Positions 20,627 to 31,244 of a stretch of DNA of 64,000 nucleotides are shown here, piece after piece. The notes below the pieces were generated by a model. It was not told the DNA's origin, searched no databases, and saw only the letters and a list, made by a program, of their open reading frames with translations. Location of the stretch: contig CBDAOY010000009.1 in the NCBI GenBank assembly GCA_965198225.1, forward strand, positions 128,001 through 192,000, read 5' to 3'. Numbering within the stretch: the stretch's first letter is position 1; each line of letters begins with the position of its first letter. The translations under genes were made by a program, and so were the position numbers. Origin of the DNA: Terriglobia bacterium. GTDB taxonomy: Bacteria > Acidobacteriota > Terriglobia > 20CM-2-55-15.

Positions 20627-21955
20627 TTAGTCTTTCTCCACGCTGACCGAACCCCCTGAAACGAACCGCCCCCTCGCTTTTACGGGAATCCGCATGTGCC
20701 CGTAGGTCGTACTGCGCTCCACGACCTCCAGTGCGTATGCGTTGTCCACCCAGTCGCACATCTCATACTGGTCGAGCGTTCCGTCTGCAACCGCGGGCGA
20801 GAGATAGTAGAACCCGGCCTGGAGAAAGGGGATGTCCATCACGAAATCGACAGTCAATCGGCTTCCCATCCCGGCCGGAGGCAGCGGCTCTCCTTCAAAG
20901 AGCGTGTTCGTGCCGGTCACGTCCTCACCGAGGCGGTTTCGGAGCATAAACCCGACATTGGGTCGTTCGACCTGCTCGAGAAACTCCGCAGAGATTCGGA
21001 TACAGACGCGATCGCCCTGGGTGGCACTGACCACGGGGGCCCCATGGTCGGAGAAAGCGCCGATTCCCCGGACCATCGCCTTCCGGTTTCCGAAACGCTG
21101 ATCGATGTTGGGCATCGTCTCGACGAACTCCGGCATCCGATCCAGGGCGGCGGCAGGCAACTCGAGCCCACCCGCTGAAGGCAGAGGTTGCCCTAAAGGC
21201 CGATCTTCCGTCGACTCGTTCCGGCCCTTCATGATCATCGCCGCCAGGTAGGCGGAAACAACTTCATCGGTAGAGCCGTCGGACCGGATCTCGCCGTGCT
21301 CCATCCAGATCGTCCGGTCGGCCAGGCTGCGAACCGCTTCCAGGTCGTGGGAGACAAACAGAATCGTCACGCCACGCCCCTTCAATTCATGGATCTTCCG
21401 CATGCATCGCTGCTGAAAAAAGTAGTCCCCGACCGAGAGGGCTTCGTCGATGATCAGGATGTCGGGATCCATGTGGATCGCGACCGCGAATGCCAAGCGG
21501 ACGAACATCCCGGTGGAATAGGTCTTCACAGGACGGTCGATGAACTCTCCGATCTCGGCGAAAGCCTCGATGCTCGGAATCCGGTGACGGGTCTCGGTGT
21601 CGCTGAAACCGAGAATCGACGCATTCAGGAGAACATTGTCGCGGCCGGTGAATTCCGGGTTGAACCCGGCCCCGAGCTCCAGCAGCGCGGACACCCTACC
21701 CGAAACCCGAACATCGCCCGATGTCGGGCGGATGACACCGGCAACAATCCGGAGCAGCGTACTCTTTCCGGAACCGTTCTCACCGATAATGCCAAGGCAG
21801 CCACCCGATTCGACCTCGAAACCAACATCCCTAACGGCCCAGAACGGAGTGTGGTAGTGCAGACAGCCCAAGCTGAGGATCTCCTTGAGGTGATCGGAGG
21901 GTTTCGCGTAAACGCGAAAGCACTTCGACAGGCCTACCGCCTCTACCGCTGTCAT
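20627..21955 (-). CDS. wzt: Polysaccharide ABC exporter ATPase with Wzt C-terminal domain
   Basis: GENGSGKST, YSTGMFVRLAFAVA, DEALSVGD, VSHD; C-terminal beta domain. Confidence 0.92.
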   Translation of the reverse strand: MTAVEAVGLSKCFRVYAKPSDHLKEILSLGCLHYHTPFWAVRDVGFEVESGGCLGIIGENGSGKSTLLRIVAGVIRPTSGDVRVSGRVSALLELGAGFNPEFTGRDNVLLNASILGFSDTETRHRIPSIEAFAEIGEFIDRPVKTYSTGMFVRLAFAVAIHMDPDILIIDEALSVGDYFFQQRCMRKIHELKGRGVTILFVSHDLEAVRSLADRTIWMEHGEIRSDGSTDEVVSAYLAAMIMKGRNESTEDRPLGQPLPSAGGLELPAAALDRMPEFVETMPNIDQRFGNRKAMVRGIGAFSDHGAPVVSATQGDRVCIRISAEFLEQVERPNVGFMLRNRLGEDVTGTNTLFEGEPLPPAGMGSRLTVDFVMDIPFLQAGFYYLSPAVADGTLDQYEMCDWVDNAYALEVVERSTTYGHMRIPVKARGRFVSGGSVSVEKD

Positions 21956-21964
21956 GTCCGCTGC

Positions 21965-22774
21965 CTACAGAACATCAGCAAACGCCGCCTTGGATTGCCT
22001 GAAGAAGAGGGCTCCGACCAGAAATGCCGCCGTCGTCCAGGCCAGCAGGATTAGGACGTGCTGTGGGGATGGCGCCGAAAGCTGGAGAAACGCATTACGA
22101 TATCCGATGACGAGAGTCGACATCGGGTTCAGAGCAACGATGGCGCGGAATCGGTCGGGAACCAGTTCGGGAACGTACAGGATCGGCGTAAACCAGAACC
22201 AGAAGATCATCAGAACGTTCACGATCTGGCTCGTGTCCCGGAAAAAGACGTTCAGACCCGACACGAGCCACCCCAATCCCTGGGCCAGAAGGATGAGGAT
22301 CGGAAGGTAGACGACAACCCACAGAGCCGACAGCTCTACCGTTTCGAACATGGCCAGAACGCCCAGCAGGATCGCCAGGCCGATGACGTGATGGATCAGG
22401 TTGGAGACCATGATCGCGATCGGGAGGATCTCTGAGGGAATCACGGTCTTGGTGATCAGGTTGGCGTTGTCGGTCATCGCCGTGCAGCTCCGCATCACGG
22501 TGTCGGAGAACATCAGCCACGGCAGGAATCCTGAAAAGACATAGATCGCAAAGTTCTCGGTACCAAACCGCTCGGAATCGATGCCGATCCTGAAAATCAA
22601 CGTGAACACGAAGTAATAGCTGACGAGCAGGACGATCGGGTGCACGATCGACCAGACAAATCCCCCGACCGAACCCACGTAGCGTTGCTTGAGGTCTCGT
22701 AGTATCAGGTTCTTCAGTAGATTGCGGTTCGCCGTCAGTCGGCGTAGGAAGAACCACAGATCGCGCAACGTCAT
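21965..22774 (-). CDS. wzm: Polysaccharide ABC exporter permease
   Basis: RDLKQRYVGSVGG..W, FFRDT, TPILY, LNPM, FADVL. Confidence 0.92.
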   Translation of the reverse strand: MTLRDLWFFLRRLTANRNLLKNLILRDLKQRYVGSVGGFVWSIVHPIVLLVSYYFVFTLIFRIGIDSERFGTENFAIYVFSGFLPWLMFSDTVMRSCTAMTDNANLITKTVIPSEILPIAIMVSNLIHHVIGLAILLGVLAMFETVELSALWVVVYLPILILLAQGLGWLVSGLNVFFRDTSQIVNVLMIFWFWFTPILYVPELVPDRFRAIVALNPMSTLVIGYRNAFLQLSAPSPQHVLILLAWTTAAFLVGALFFRQSKAAFADVL

Positions 22775-22793
22775 CCGTTCAGCTCCCCGATCA

Positions 22794-22890
22794 ATCAGTA
22801 TCAGTAGTCAGTAGTCAGTTACTAAGATGATGTCACAACTTTCCTACTTGTCGCTCGTCACTTGTCACTCGTCACTGGCTCCAGTCACTC
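22794..22890. repeat. Heptamer tandem repeats (CAGTAGT and GTCACTC types)
   Basis: cagtagt cagtagt cagtt ... gtcgctc gtcactt gtcactc gtcactg. Confidence 0.7.
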
Positions 22891-22919
22891 GTACCCGTAT
22901 CGGTCGTCAGCTCGTTCCA

Positions 22920-23942
22920 TCACGAACCTAGCGTCAGAGCTCGGATCGTGATCCGATGCTGCCATAGCAGGCGTGTAAACTCGGGACTGCCCACACGGGT
23001 AAAACGTCGAATCTGGCGCCTTGAACGCCACATCACGCCAAACTGCTTCAGGCCGGACCAGTAGGCTTTCAGGATCATCAGCACCAGCGTGCGCCGCGAA
23101 CACTCCGCAGCAAATTGGCCGGACGAGCCCGAAGAAAAGATCGCACCGTAGGCGTGAAAAACGAACCGGAGCGCGGTAAAGATGGGCGAGACAAAGAGCA
23201 GCGGTAGAGGAAACACCTTCAGCGCTACCCAGATCCGGTTCCTCTCGATCAGGAACGCCTTGAGCGCGGAGAACTCACCGGCCGTCGCGGAATGGATGTG
23301 ATAGACGACCGCGCTCGGGACATATATACATGTCCAACCGGCAAGACGGCCGCGGAGACCGAGGTCTGCATCATCGCCATAGGCGAAGAACTGCTCATCG
23401 AACAGGCCGACCTCGTCGAGCATGTCGCGACGGTAGAGCGCGGCCGCTGCGTCGGGGAACAGAACCTCCTCGACGCGGTCAAACTGTCCCGTATCCATCT
23501 CCCCGGACCCACGACCGTGGTTGAGCCCGTCCAGGTAGATCAGATGTCCCGCTTTGTCGATGCGGCGGCGGTCTCCGGCGAACAGGATCTTGCTGGCGCA
23601 CATCCCACGGGAGGGCTCCGCCTCCATCGCATCCACGAGCGCGCCGAGCCACCCCGGGTGCGCTTCGGCGTCGTTGTTGAGCGTCGCGATGCAGGCGCCG
23701 CGGGCGACCCGGATGCCTTCGTTCGATCCACCCGCAAAACCGCGGTTATCCGGCAGAGCCACTATACGAAGTCGCTCTTCGGCCATGGAGCGCAGATAGT
23801 CCACCGATCCGTCCGTGGAGCCGTTGTCGACAACGATGACCTCGAAGTCCTCATAGACCTGACTCCAGAGCGAGTTCAGACAACTCTCGAGCATCATCCG
23901 TCCGTTCAGGTTGACGACGACGACGGAAACCCGCGGGCTCAC
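22920..23942 (-). CDS. GT2 glycosyltransferase (rhamnosyltransferase-like)
   Basis: VVDNGSTDGS, NRGFAGGSNEG, LNNDA, FFAYGDDADL. Confidence 0.88.
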   Translation of the reverse strand: MSPRVSVVVVNLNGRMMLESCLNSLWSQVYEDFEVIVVDNGSTDGSVDYLRSMAEERLRIVALPDNRGFAGGSNEGIRVARGACIATLNNDAEAHPGWLGALVDAMEAEPSRGMCASKILFAGDRRRIDKAGHLIYLDGLNHGRGSGEMDTGQFDRVEEVLFPDAAAALYRRDMLDEVGLFDEQFFAYGDDADLGLRGRLAGWTCIYVPSAVVYHIHSATAGEFSALKAFLIERNRIWVALKVFPLPLLFVSPIFTALRFVFHAYGAIFSSGSSGQFAAECSRRTLVLMILKAYWSGLKQFGVMWRSRRQIRRFTRVGSPEFTRLLWQHRITIRALTLGS

Positions 23943-24913
23943 GCTCCCCTCCCCTCGGACTTCTCCGCTTCGACCACCAAGGTGGCGCCCCGGCCCAGAG
24001 CCGCCTCCAGCGCCGCCAGGGGGTAAGACAGAAGGACGATCTTCAGGTACACGAAGCGGCGGAACCAGCCGCCGATGACCGTTTCACGGGAGCCGCGTTG
24101 ACGCAGTCGCACCGCCCGACTGACAGGATCCAGCCCGGGAAACAGACTCGACGCGAGGGCGGGAGCGTTGTCACGCAGGTTGAAGTGACGCACGCGTCTG
24201 ACGTCGAAGCCAGACTCGGAGAGCAGCCTCAGGAGCGAGGATCGGGAATAGTCGATCACGTGGCGGGGCACGTCGAGGCCGTACCACCGGGCTCCGAAAA
24301 ACTGGAATTGTACGCTGTCGATGTTGGGAACCTGGACGACGACGCGACCTCGAGGCTTCAGGACTCGGATGACTTCCGCTAGCACTTCTCTGGGGTTAGG
24401 CACATGCTCGAGGGTATGGAGCAACACCACGACGTCGAAACCCTCGGCGGGAAGAGACAGTTTCTCGAGCGAGCCGAGGGCCACATCGATGCCGTGTTCT
24501 TTCCGGGTAATCTCTACGGCGCGGAGGGAAAGGTCCACCCCGGCGACATCGAACCCCCTTTTCTTTAGAAGACTCAGAAGGGTGCCGGGTCCACAACCCA
24601 CATCCAGAATTCGTGCCCTCGACCCGGATGGCGTCGCATGCGCCGCGGCAGCGATGAATCGGACATGATCGATGAGGGCGAAACGACGGTAGAGTCCTTC
24701 GAGCTTCGGCAACAGGCCTCGCCGCTCATCCCACCAGTACTGCTCGGGGTAGAAGGCGGCGATTCGGTCCATCCCCGGCATCGGGTCGAGAAACAGGCAA
24801 CGACAATCGCGACAGGAATGAAGTGTGAAGTCCTCATCTGTCGTTTCGAACAGAAAGTCGCTGCCCCGGCCGAAAAAGGCGGTTTCACTCGCCAGACAGA
24901 CTGGACAGTTCAT
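23939..24913 (-). CDS. Class I SAM methyltransferase with N-terminal zinc ribbon
   Basis: CPVC...CRDC, ILDVGCGPG, HTLEHVPNP, DVPRH. Confidence 0.85.
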   Translation of the reverse strand: MNCPVCLASETAFFGRGSDFLFETTDEDFTLHSCRDCRCLFLDPMPGMDRIAAFYPEQYWWDERRGLLPKLEGLYRRFALIDHVRFIAAAAHATPSGSRARILDVGCGPGTLLSLLKKRGFDVAGVDLSLRAVEITRKEHGIDVALGSLEKLSLPAEGFDVVVLLHTLEHVPNPREVLAEVIRVLKPRGRVVVQVPNIDSVQFQFFGARWYGLDVPRHVIDYSRSSLLRLLSESGFDVRRVRHFNLRDNAPALASSLFPGLDPVSRAVRLRQRGSRETVIGGWFRRFVYLKIVLLSYPLAALEAALGRGATLVVEAEKSEGRGA

Positions 24914-24953
24914 GGTCAGGAAAGGGATTCTGGCATCTAGGTCTCAGAGCGGT

Positions 24954-26765
24954 TCACTCCAGATAAAACCGGAGGGTCAGCCGGAAAGAAAAGGAAATCG
25001 ACTCGTTCCGGCGCCGGGCCGGCTGGAACACCCATTCCCGAACCGCCGCAACGGACGCGTCGTTGAGCTCCCGAATGTCGGAGCGCAGGACCCGGACGTC
25101 TTCGGTCCGACCTCTTCTGTCCAGGTCGATTTCGAGGACAATCCGTCCTTCGACACCCCTTCTGCGGAGATCGGCAGGGTAGTCGGGCAGCATCGATGAA
25201 ACCAGCTTCGGAGACGTTATGTCCCGGGGTCTGCCCGAAGTCACCGCGATGCTTATCCGGCCGATCGGCGCCGGCTCGGGGGGGGCGGCGACCGGTCGCG
25301 GGTCAACCTCTCTCGCCAATTCCTCAACCTCCCGGCGCAACTCCTCCACGCGTTCCGCTTCGGCGGCGCGACGGTGCAACTCCATCCGGCGGTAGAAGGT
25401 GCGGACGAGAAGCAAAAAGCGTTCCCGCGACGCCGGATCGTGGTGCGGAAGCTCGGCGGCGATCGCCGCAGCCTCGCCGGCCCTTGTGTAATCGCCAAGA
25501 AGCATCTCCGCCTCGGCGAGGACCTCGTAAGAACGATCCGCTGATTCGGGCTCCAGCTCGATTGCACGGTCGAGGAGCGGAAGCGCCTCCTGGGGCCGTC
25601 CGTCCACGGCGTGGAGGAAGGCCAGTTCTGCGAGTGCTCGCCCCATTCGAGGCATTAGATCGACCGCACGCTCGAGCGCAGCAATCTGCGTCTTCCGCTG
25701 TTCATCGGTCTCGGCCCGCATCGTGCCGAGATGGTAATGCAGCAGACCAGCTTCGGGGAACTCTCGAGCGAGCACCTCCAGCGACCGTCGCGAAGCGGCC
25801 GATTCACGTTGGAGCCTGGACAGGATCGCTAGACCGACACGCGCCTCGTCGGCGGAACTCTGTTCGTAGAGGTACGTCGCCGCGCGGTGACGGCCCGACG
25901 CAACGAGCAGGTCCCCCCTCCTCCTGACGGACTCTGCGGCCGACATCTCCCGGGCCGGTGCCGAGACGTCGACAGGCATCAGTGAAAGCGCCGTGTCGGT
26001 ATACGAGCTCATCTTCTCCGCGACGTCCGATTCATCAAGCTCGGGTGTTGCCCCAGATCCGTCCTCTTCGCCCAACGCCCGAAGGTAGGCGCGGAATTGA
26101 TCGCTATGGTTCTCCATCAGGACCCGCAGCAGATGGTAGGACTGCTGGCGGAACGTCCCGCCGTCCTCCAAGTCGTTGTAGTCTTCGCGCGGTACGATCG
26201 TCAGCAGATCCTCGACCGAGTATGCGTCTTCCGAAGACACCGCGTCGTCCGCTCTGCCACGGCCCAGCAGCCTCATGTACTCTCCCACTCCCTCCTGCAG
26301 CCAGAATGGCTGCCATAGGGTCGATCGTGCGAGAAGCAGGTGGCCCAGGGAGTGGGCGACATCATCGGCGATGTCGGATGGATCGTGATCCCGGCCGAGG
26401 ATGAAAGTTCCAGTCGGCGAATAGACGAGATACCCGGACCGATCCGCAATCAGGCGCGGATCCCCCAACATTTCGCCGACCCTCTTGAGGACCGACTCGG
26501 GCACCGAATCCCGAAGCTCATCCCTGTTGTCCATCAGGAAAACCTGTATCGGGACCTGACGCGGATCGAGAGGAAGGAAAGCAGCGGAAAAAGCAGCGTA
26601 GCGCGCCTCGAGATCCTGGAGCAGTCGAGTCGCTTTGCGCGCGTCGGTGTCGGTGTAGAGAACAAAGTTCTCCGAGGCGACCTCAATCCAGTCGGCGGCA
26701 ATGGCCGGCACCGGGAACGCCAGGAGAGAGACAGTCAGAGTGAGCGTGAGATGGAGGAGACTCAT
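24954..26765 (-). CDS. Secreted protein: degenerate zincin-like domain + TPR + C-terminal TonB domain
   Basis: Signal peptide, WIEVASENF, HSLGH..WLQEG, TPR repeats, Pro-rich linker, PDYP..RRRGVEGRIVL..W.FQPA TonB_C. Confidence 0.7.
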   Translation of the reverse strand: MSLLHLTLTLTVSLLAFPVPAIAADWIEVASENFVLYTDTDARKATRLLQDLEARYAAFSAAFLPLDPRQVPIQVFLMDNRDELRDSVPESVLKRVGEMLGDPRLIADRSGYLVYSPTGTFILGRDHDPSDIADDVAHSLGHLLLARSTLWQPFWLQEGVGEYMRLLGRGRADDAVSSEDAYSVEDLLTIVPREDYNDLEDGGTFRQQSYHLLRVLMENHSDQFRAYLRALGEEDGSGATPELDESDVAEKMSSYTDTALSLMPVDVSAPAREMSAAESVRRRGDLLVASGRHRAATYLYEQSSADEARVGLAILSRLQRESAASRRSLEVLAREFPEAGLLHYHLGTMRAETDEQRKTQIAALERAVDLMPRMGRALAELAFLHAVDGRPQEALPLLDRAIELEPESADRSYEVLAEAEMLLGDYTRAGEAAAIAAELPHHDPASRERFLLLVRTFYRRMELHRRAAEAERVEELRREVEELAREVDPRPVAAPPEPAPIGRISIAVTSGRPRDITSPKLVSSMLPDYPADLRRRGVEGRIVLEIDLDRRGRTEDVRVLRSDIRELNDASVAAVREWVFQPARRRNESISFSFRLTLRFYLE

Positions 26766-26963
26766 CCTAATAGCCTAATCGATTGAGGTCTTCCCGAAAC
26801 TTACTGAGGCCAAATTGCAAATCGCGATATTTAAACAATCCACATTGCAGGTTGCTCATTGCAAGTTGTTTCATCTCATATTTCCGGCAAATGACAAATC
26901 GAGCAATTTCCGATCTGCAACTTCCAATGCGGATTCATCCGATGACCAACCTTCAATATTCGC

Positions 26964-28880
26964 CTATAGAGGAGGCCCCTCCACAAACTCCACTTTGACG
27001 GGTACGCCGAGAAACTCGCTACCTTCCGGCGCTTCGCGATAGGTCACGACGACGGGCATGGGCGGATCGACGGGCCCGCAACTCAGCTCCGTTCCGATTG
27101 CCGAGGTCGAAGTGGCGAACTCCACCCGGTCCGGGGATCGAGTGTGGAAACTGAACGTGTCGTCCTGGGTCAGTATCGTCAGCGTCAAACCGTCGCGGCA
27201 GTCGATCAGGCTCAGCCAGCCCCGCACCTGCTCTCCTGAAACAACTCGGCTCAGCTGCACCCGATCATCCGCAATACCGACAGGAGGGGACTCCACCGCC
27301 CGCGTGGATGTTTCGATACTGGGGGCCATCGTGGTCGCCTCAACCGGGGCCGACGTGATCTCAGTGAATCCTTCACCGGCCAATCCTCGGCCCTCTCGCC
27401 TTCCGGCAATCGACGCCAGAATCGATTCTGCCTGCTGCCGGACGGCCTGATCCCGGATCACATCCAGCAATGGGAGCAGTACGTTCCTTGCAGAACCGTA
27501 GCTTCCCTGCGCGATCAGAATCCGGCTGAGGGTGACCACGTATTCGTGATCTCCGGGCCGCAGGTTCAGAGCGGCGTCAACCAGCTGAAAGGCCGCCTGG
27601 AGCTCCTCACGACGATTCAAGTATGTCAGCGCGAGCTCGTGGTAGGCATCGGGATAGCTCGGTCCCAGGCGGATCGCCTCCCTCAGTTCTTTCCGAGCAT
27701 CCGACAACTGGTCGCCCGACAGGTCCGGATTCTCCCTCAAGAAGGACAACGCGTAATAGAAGTGGCTCAGATGAGTGGCTCGGGTGCTTCGGACGCTGCG
27801 CTCCAGGTACTCCCTCGCCTCGGCGAAACTCCCCTGGCGGAGCCTGAGCGCTCCCAGTGAGTCATAGGCGTCGGCCAGGTTCTCATCCTCGGCGATCGCA
27901 CGCTGGAAGTAGGCCTCCGCGGTGTCGGTGAGGTTGGCACGGACGAGTACTTCGCCCAGGTACGTCTGCGCTTGGGCGCGAGAGAGGCTCTCTCCGCCGA
28001 CGGTGACCGACTCCCCGTTTCCACCCGCCAGCGGCATCGTCAGATAGGGATAGGTCCCCCGCTGATCGAGGTGATTGTCGAACTCGGCCAGGAGATTCCT
28101 GAAGTTGACGCTAAACGCCTCGTCAACCGCCTCTTCGAAAGGTCTGCCGGAAGCCAGCAGCCGCACGAACCGTCCGGTCTCCGGTTCTCCCTGTCCTTGT
28201 TTACGGGTCATCAGAAAGTGCACAAGGGCCCAGGACTGGGCGTAGAAGATACGATCCCGGTCCGCCTCGTCGTACAGATCCGAGTCGCGTGTGACGGCGA
28301 CCAGCTCTTCGAGACTCAGCCGATCATCTTCATCCCGTACGAGGCGAATATGCGAGTTTATCGGACGGCCGATCAGAATCTGGGTGCGGTCTTCAGACCA
28401 CTGCACCGTCGAATAGTATTCGGCGAGACCTTCCAGCAGCCAGAGCGGCGCATTCGGGAGGTTCTCGCCGGCAATCGCATGGAAGTAGTCGTGGAAGATC
28501 GGTACGAACGGCTGATTGCGTCTCGTTTCCGTGCTCAGAAGGACAAAATTGTCGGTCTCACCGCGGAGGAAATAGCCGTCCAGGTCGTTGCCGACTTCCA
28601 ACTGCCGCACCTCCCTGGGGTCGTCGAGTACCAGCACCGTCGTCGGGGGCAGCGACCGATAGCGGGCGCCCTGGAAAATTCTCAGGACGGCGGTTCGGAA
28701 GGCTTCCAATCGCGCGGCGGTCAGCTGGAGATCTCGGGCGTCGGCGCTGCCGGCAAGCGTATATCGCTCCGACCGGGCGCCGAGCCAGCCGTCCTGTGCC
28801 AGGAGTGGCGGAGTCAGGAAGCCCAACGCGACGGCTGCAAGGGCGCTGATGGACAATGCTCGGATCATTGCCGGTATCAT
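26964..28880 (-). CDS. Secreted TPR protein with degenerate zincin/DUF1570-like domain
   Basis: Signal peptide, HDYFH..PLWLLEGLAEYYS, FYAQSWALVHFL, TPRs, C-terminal domain with a Cys pair. Confidence 0.7.
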   Translation of the reverse strand: MIPAMIRALSISALAAVALGFLTPPLLAQDGWLGARSERYTLAGSADARDLQLTAARLEAFRTAVLRIFQGARYRSLPPTTVLVLDDPREVRQLEVGNDLDGYFLRGETDNFVLLSTETRRNQPFVPIFHDYFHAIAGENLPNAPLWLLEGLAEYYSTVQWSEDRTQILIGRPINSHIRLVRDEDDRLSLEELVAVTRDSDLYDEADRDRIFYAQSWALVHFLMTRKQGQGEPETGRFVRLLASGRPFEEAVDEAFSVNFRNLLAEFDNHLDQRGTYPYLTMPLAGGNGESVTVGGESLSRAQAQTYLGEVLVRANLTDTAEAYFQRAIAEDENLADAYDSLGALRLRQGSFAEAREYLERSVRSTRATHLSHFYYALSFLRENPDLSGDQLSDARKELREAIRLGPSYPDAYHELALTYLNRREELQAAFQLVDAALNLRPGDHEYVVTLSRILIAQGSYGSARNVLLPLLDVIRDQAVRQQAESILASIAGRREGRGLAGEGFTEITSAPVEATTMAPSIETSTRAVESPPVGIADDRVQLSRVVSGEQVRGWLSLIDCRDGLTLTILTQDDTFSFHTRSPDRVEFATSTSAIGTELSCGPVDPPMPVVVTYREAPEGSEFLGVPVKVEFVEGPPL

Positions 28881-28887
28881 CTCGGGT

Positions 28888-30453
28888 TCAAAGCGGGATG
28901 TTGCCGTGTTTCTTGGGCGGCGTCGCATCCCTCTTGGTGTCCAGCATACGCAAAGCGTGGATCAACTTGGGCCGAGTGTTGCTGGGCTCGATAATCTCGT
29001 CGATAAAACCGCGCTCGGCGGCGATGTAGGGGGTAGCGAACTTCTCTCGAAACTCGTCTACCTTCTCGACCCGGATTTCGTCGACACCGTCGCCCGCTGC
29101 CGCCAGCTCGCGTCGATAGATGATGTTGACCGCCCCTTCTGGTCCCATCACGGCGATCTCGGCGGTCGGGAACGCGAAATTCACATCCGTTCTGATGTGT
29201 TTGCTAGCCATAACGCAGTAGGCCCCGCCATAAGCCTTGCGGGTGATTACGGTGATTTTCGGTACTGTCGCTTCGGCAAAAGCGTAGAGCAGTTTCGCGC
29301 CGTGTTTGATAATCCCGCCGAACTCCTGATTGGTGCCCGGCAGAAACCCCGGAACATCCTCGAAGGTGATCAGCGGGATGTTGAAAGCATCACAGAATCG
29401 GACGAACCGCGCCCCCTTGATCGAACAATCGATGTCGAGGCACCCGGCAAGGAACGCGGGCTGATTCGCGACAATCCCGACCGGCCGTCCTTCAAGCCTG
29501 GCAAAACCGATGACCAGGTTCTTCGCGTAATGCTCCTGTACCTCAAAGAAGTAGTTGTCATCGACCACGGCGTGGATGACATCCTTGATGTCATACGGAA
29601 GGTTGGAGTCATCGGGAACGATTTCGTTGAGGCTTTCCTCGGCCCGGTCCCACGGATCGGCTGTCGGACGGACCGGCGGGTCCTCCAGGTTGTTGGCCGG
29701 CAGGAAAGACATCAGCTCTCGGATCAGGAGCAGACATTCCTCGTCGTCGGCGGCCGCGAAGTGTGCCACACCGCTCGTACTGTTGTGGGTTGTCGCTCCG
29801 CCGAGCTCCTCCTTGGTCACTTCTTCGTGGGTCACCGTCTTGATCACGTCGGGACCCGTTACGAACATGTAGCTGGTCTGGTCGACCATGAAGATAAAGT
29901 CGGTAATCGCGGGGGAATACACCGCCCCGCCGGCGCACGGGCCCATGATCGCCGAGATCTGTGGTATGACGCCTGAGGCCAGGGTGTTGCGGAGGAAGAT
30001 ATCGGCATAGCCGCCGAGCGACATCACGCCTTCCTGGATGCGTGCACCACCGGAGTCGTTTAGCCCGATGAGGGGAGCCCCCATCTTCATCGCCAGGTCC
30101 ATGATCTTGCAGATCTTCAGCGCGTTGGATTCGCTCAGCGATCCGCCGAAGACGGTAAAGTCCTGGGCAAACACGTAGACGAGGCGGCCGTCGATGCGGC
30201 CATAACCGGTGATGAAGCCGTCGCCGGGATACTGCTGGGACTCCATACCGAAGTCCGTGCTGCGATGCTTGACGAACTTGTCGAGTTCCTGGAACGATCC
30301 CTGGTCCAGCAGCAGATCAATCCGCTCGCGTGCGGTCTTCTTGCCTTCCGATCTTTGACGTTCGAGTCGCTTCTCGCCGCCACCCAGCTCGGCCTGATCG
30401 TTTAACCGCCGTAGTTGCTCGAGCTTGTCGCTTGCCGTGATCTTCGTCGTCAT
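28888..30453 (-). CDS. pccB: Acyl-CoA carboxylase carboxyltransferase (propionyl-CoA carboxylase beta family)
   Basis: [46 protein letters not shown]. Confidence 0.92.
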   Translation of the reverse strand: MTTKITASDKLEQLRRLNDQAELGGGEKRLERQRSEGKKTARERIDLLLDQGSFQELDKFVKHRSTDFGMESQQYPGDGFITGYGRIDGRLVYVFAQDFTVFGGSLSESNALKICKIMDLAMKMGAPLIGLNDSGGARIQEGVMSLGGYADIFLRNTLASGVIPQISAIMGPCAGGAVYSPAITDFIFMVDQTSYMFVTGPDVIKTVTHEEVTKEELGGATTHNSTSGVAHFAAADDEECLLLIRELMSFLPANNLEDPPVRPTADPWDRAEESLNEIVPDDSNLPYDIKDVIHAVVDDNYFFEVQEHYAKNLVIGFARLEGRPVGIVANQPAFLAGCLDIDCSIKGARFVRFCDAFNIPLITFEDVPGFLPGTNQEFGGIIKHGAKLLYAFAEATVPKITVITRKAYGGAYCVMASKHIRTDVNFAFPTAEIAVMGPEGAVNIIYRRELAAAGDGVDEIRVEKVDEFREKFATPYIAAERGFIDEIIEPSNTRPKLIHALRMLDTKRDATPPKKHGNIPL

Positions 30454-30475
30454 AGGTGGAAGCCCGCCGGTCCGC

Positions 30476-31132
30476 TCACTTCTCGATCGGAGTTGCCATG
30501 CTCTCCCAATCTTTCAGAAAACGCTCGATCCCGATGTCAGTCAGGGGATGCTTCATCAGCTGGATAAACACCTTGTAGGGAAGCGTGCAGATGTCGGCCC
30601 CGACTCGGCCCGCCTCGACTAGGTGCATCGGGCTTCTGATGGATGCCACCAGGACCTCGGTACTGAAGTCGTAGTTGTCGAATATTGTCACGATGTCCCC
30701 GATCAGGGACATGCCGTCCTGGGAGATGTCGTCCAGCCGGCCTACGAAGGGACTCACGAAATAGGCGCCCGCTTTGGCGGCCATGATGGCCTGGGGCGCG
30801 GAGAAAATGAGTGTGACATTGACGCGAATGTTGTCATCGCTGAGCGCTTTCGTCGCTTTCAGACCCTCCAACGTGAAGGGACACTTCACGACGATGTTGG
30901 GATGGATGGTCGCTAGACTGCGCCCTTCCTGCACCATTCCCTCCGCGTCGCGACTGACGGCCTCCGCGCTCACCGGGCCTTCGACGATGGAGCAAATCTT
31001 GAGCAGTTGGTCTTCGAAACTGTTCCCTTCCTTGGCGATCAGCGAGGGATTGGTCGTAATTCCGTCCAGGATTCCAGTGCTGGCTGCCTCGCTGATCTCG
31101 TCTAGATTTGCAGTGTCGAGGAAGAATTTCAT
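30476..31132 (-). CDS. fsa: Transaldolase / fructose-6-phosphate aldolase family
   Basis: [35 protein letters not shown]. Confidence 0.92.
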   Translation of the reverse strand: MKFFLDTANLDEISEAASTGILDGITTNPSLIAKEGNSFEDQLLKICSIVEGPVSAEAVSRDAEGMVQEGRSLATIHPNIVVKCPFTLEGLKATKALSDDNIRVNVTLIFSAPQAIMAAKAGAYFVSPFVGRLDDISQDGMSLIGDIVTIFDNYDFSTEVLVASIRSPMHLVEAGRVGADICTLPYKVFIQLMKHPLTDIGIERFLKDWESMATPIEK

Positions 31133-31244
31133 GCCGGGTCATTCTCCTGTTTGTTTGGTGTGATCGAAGGCCTATTCTACCGGATTTTCGACGCCACGCA
31201 CATTGTTGCGGCCCTCCCCGGCCTCGCGTCGGAAATCCTCCGAT

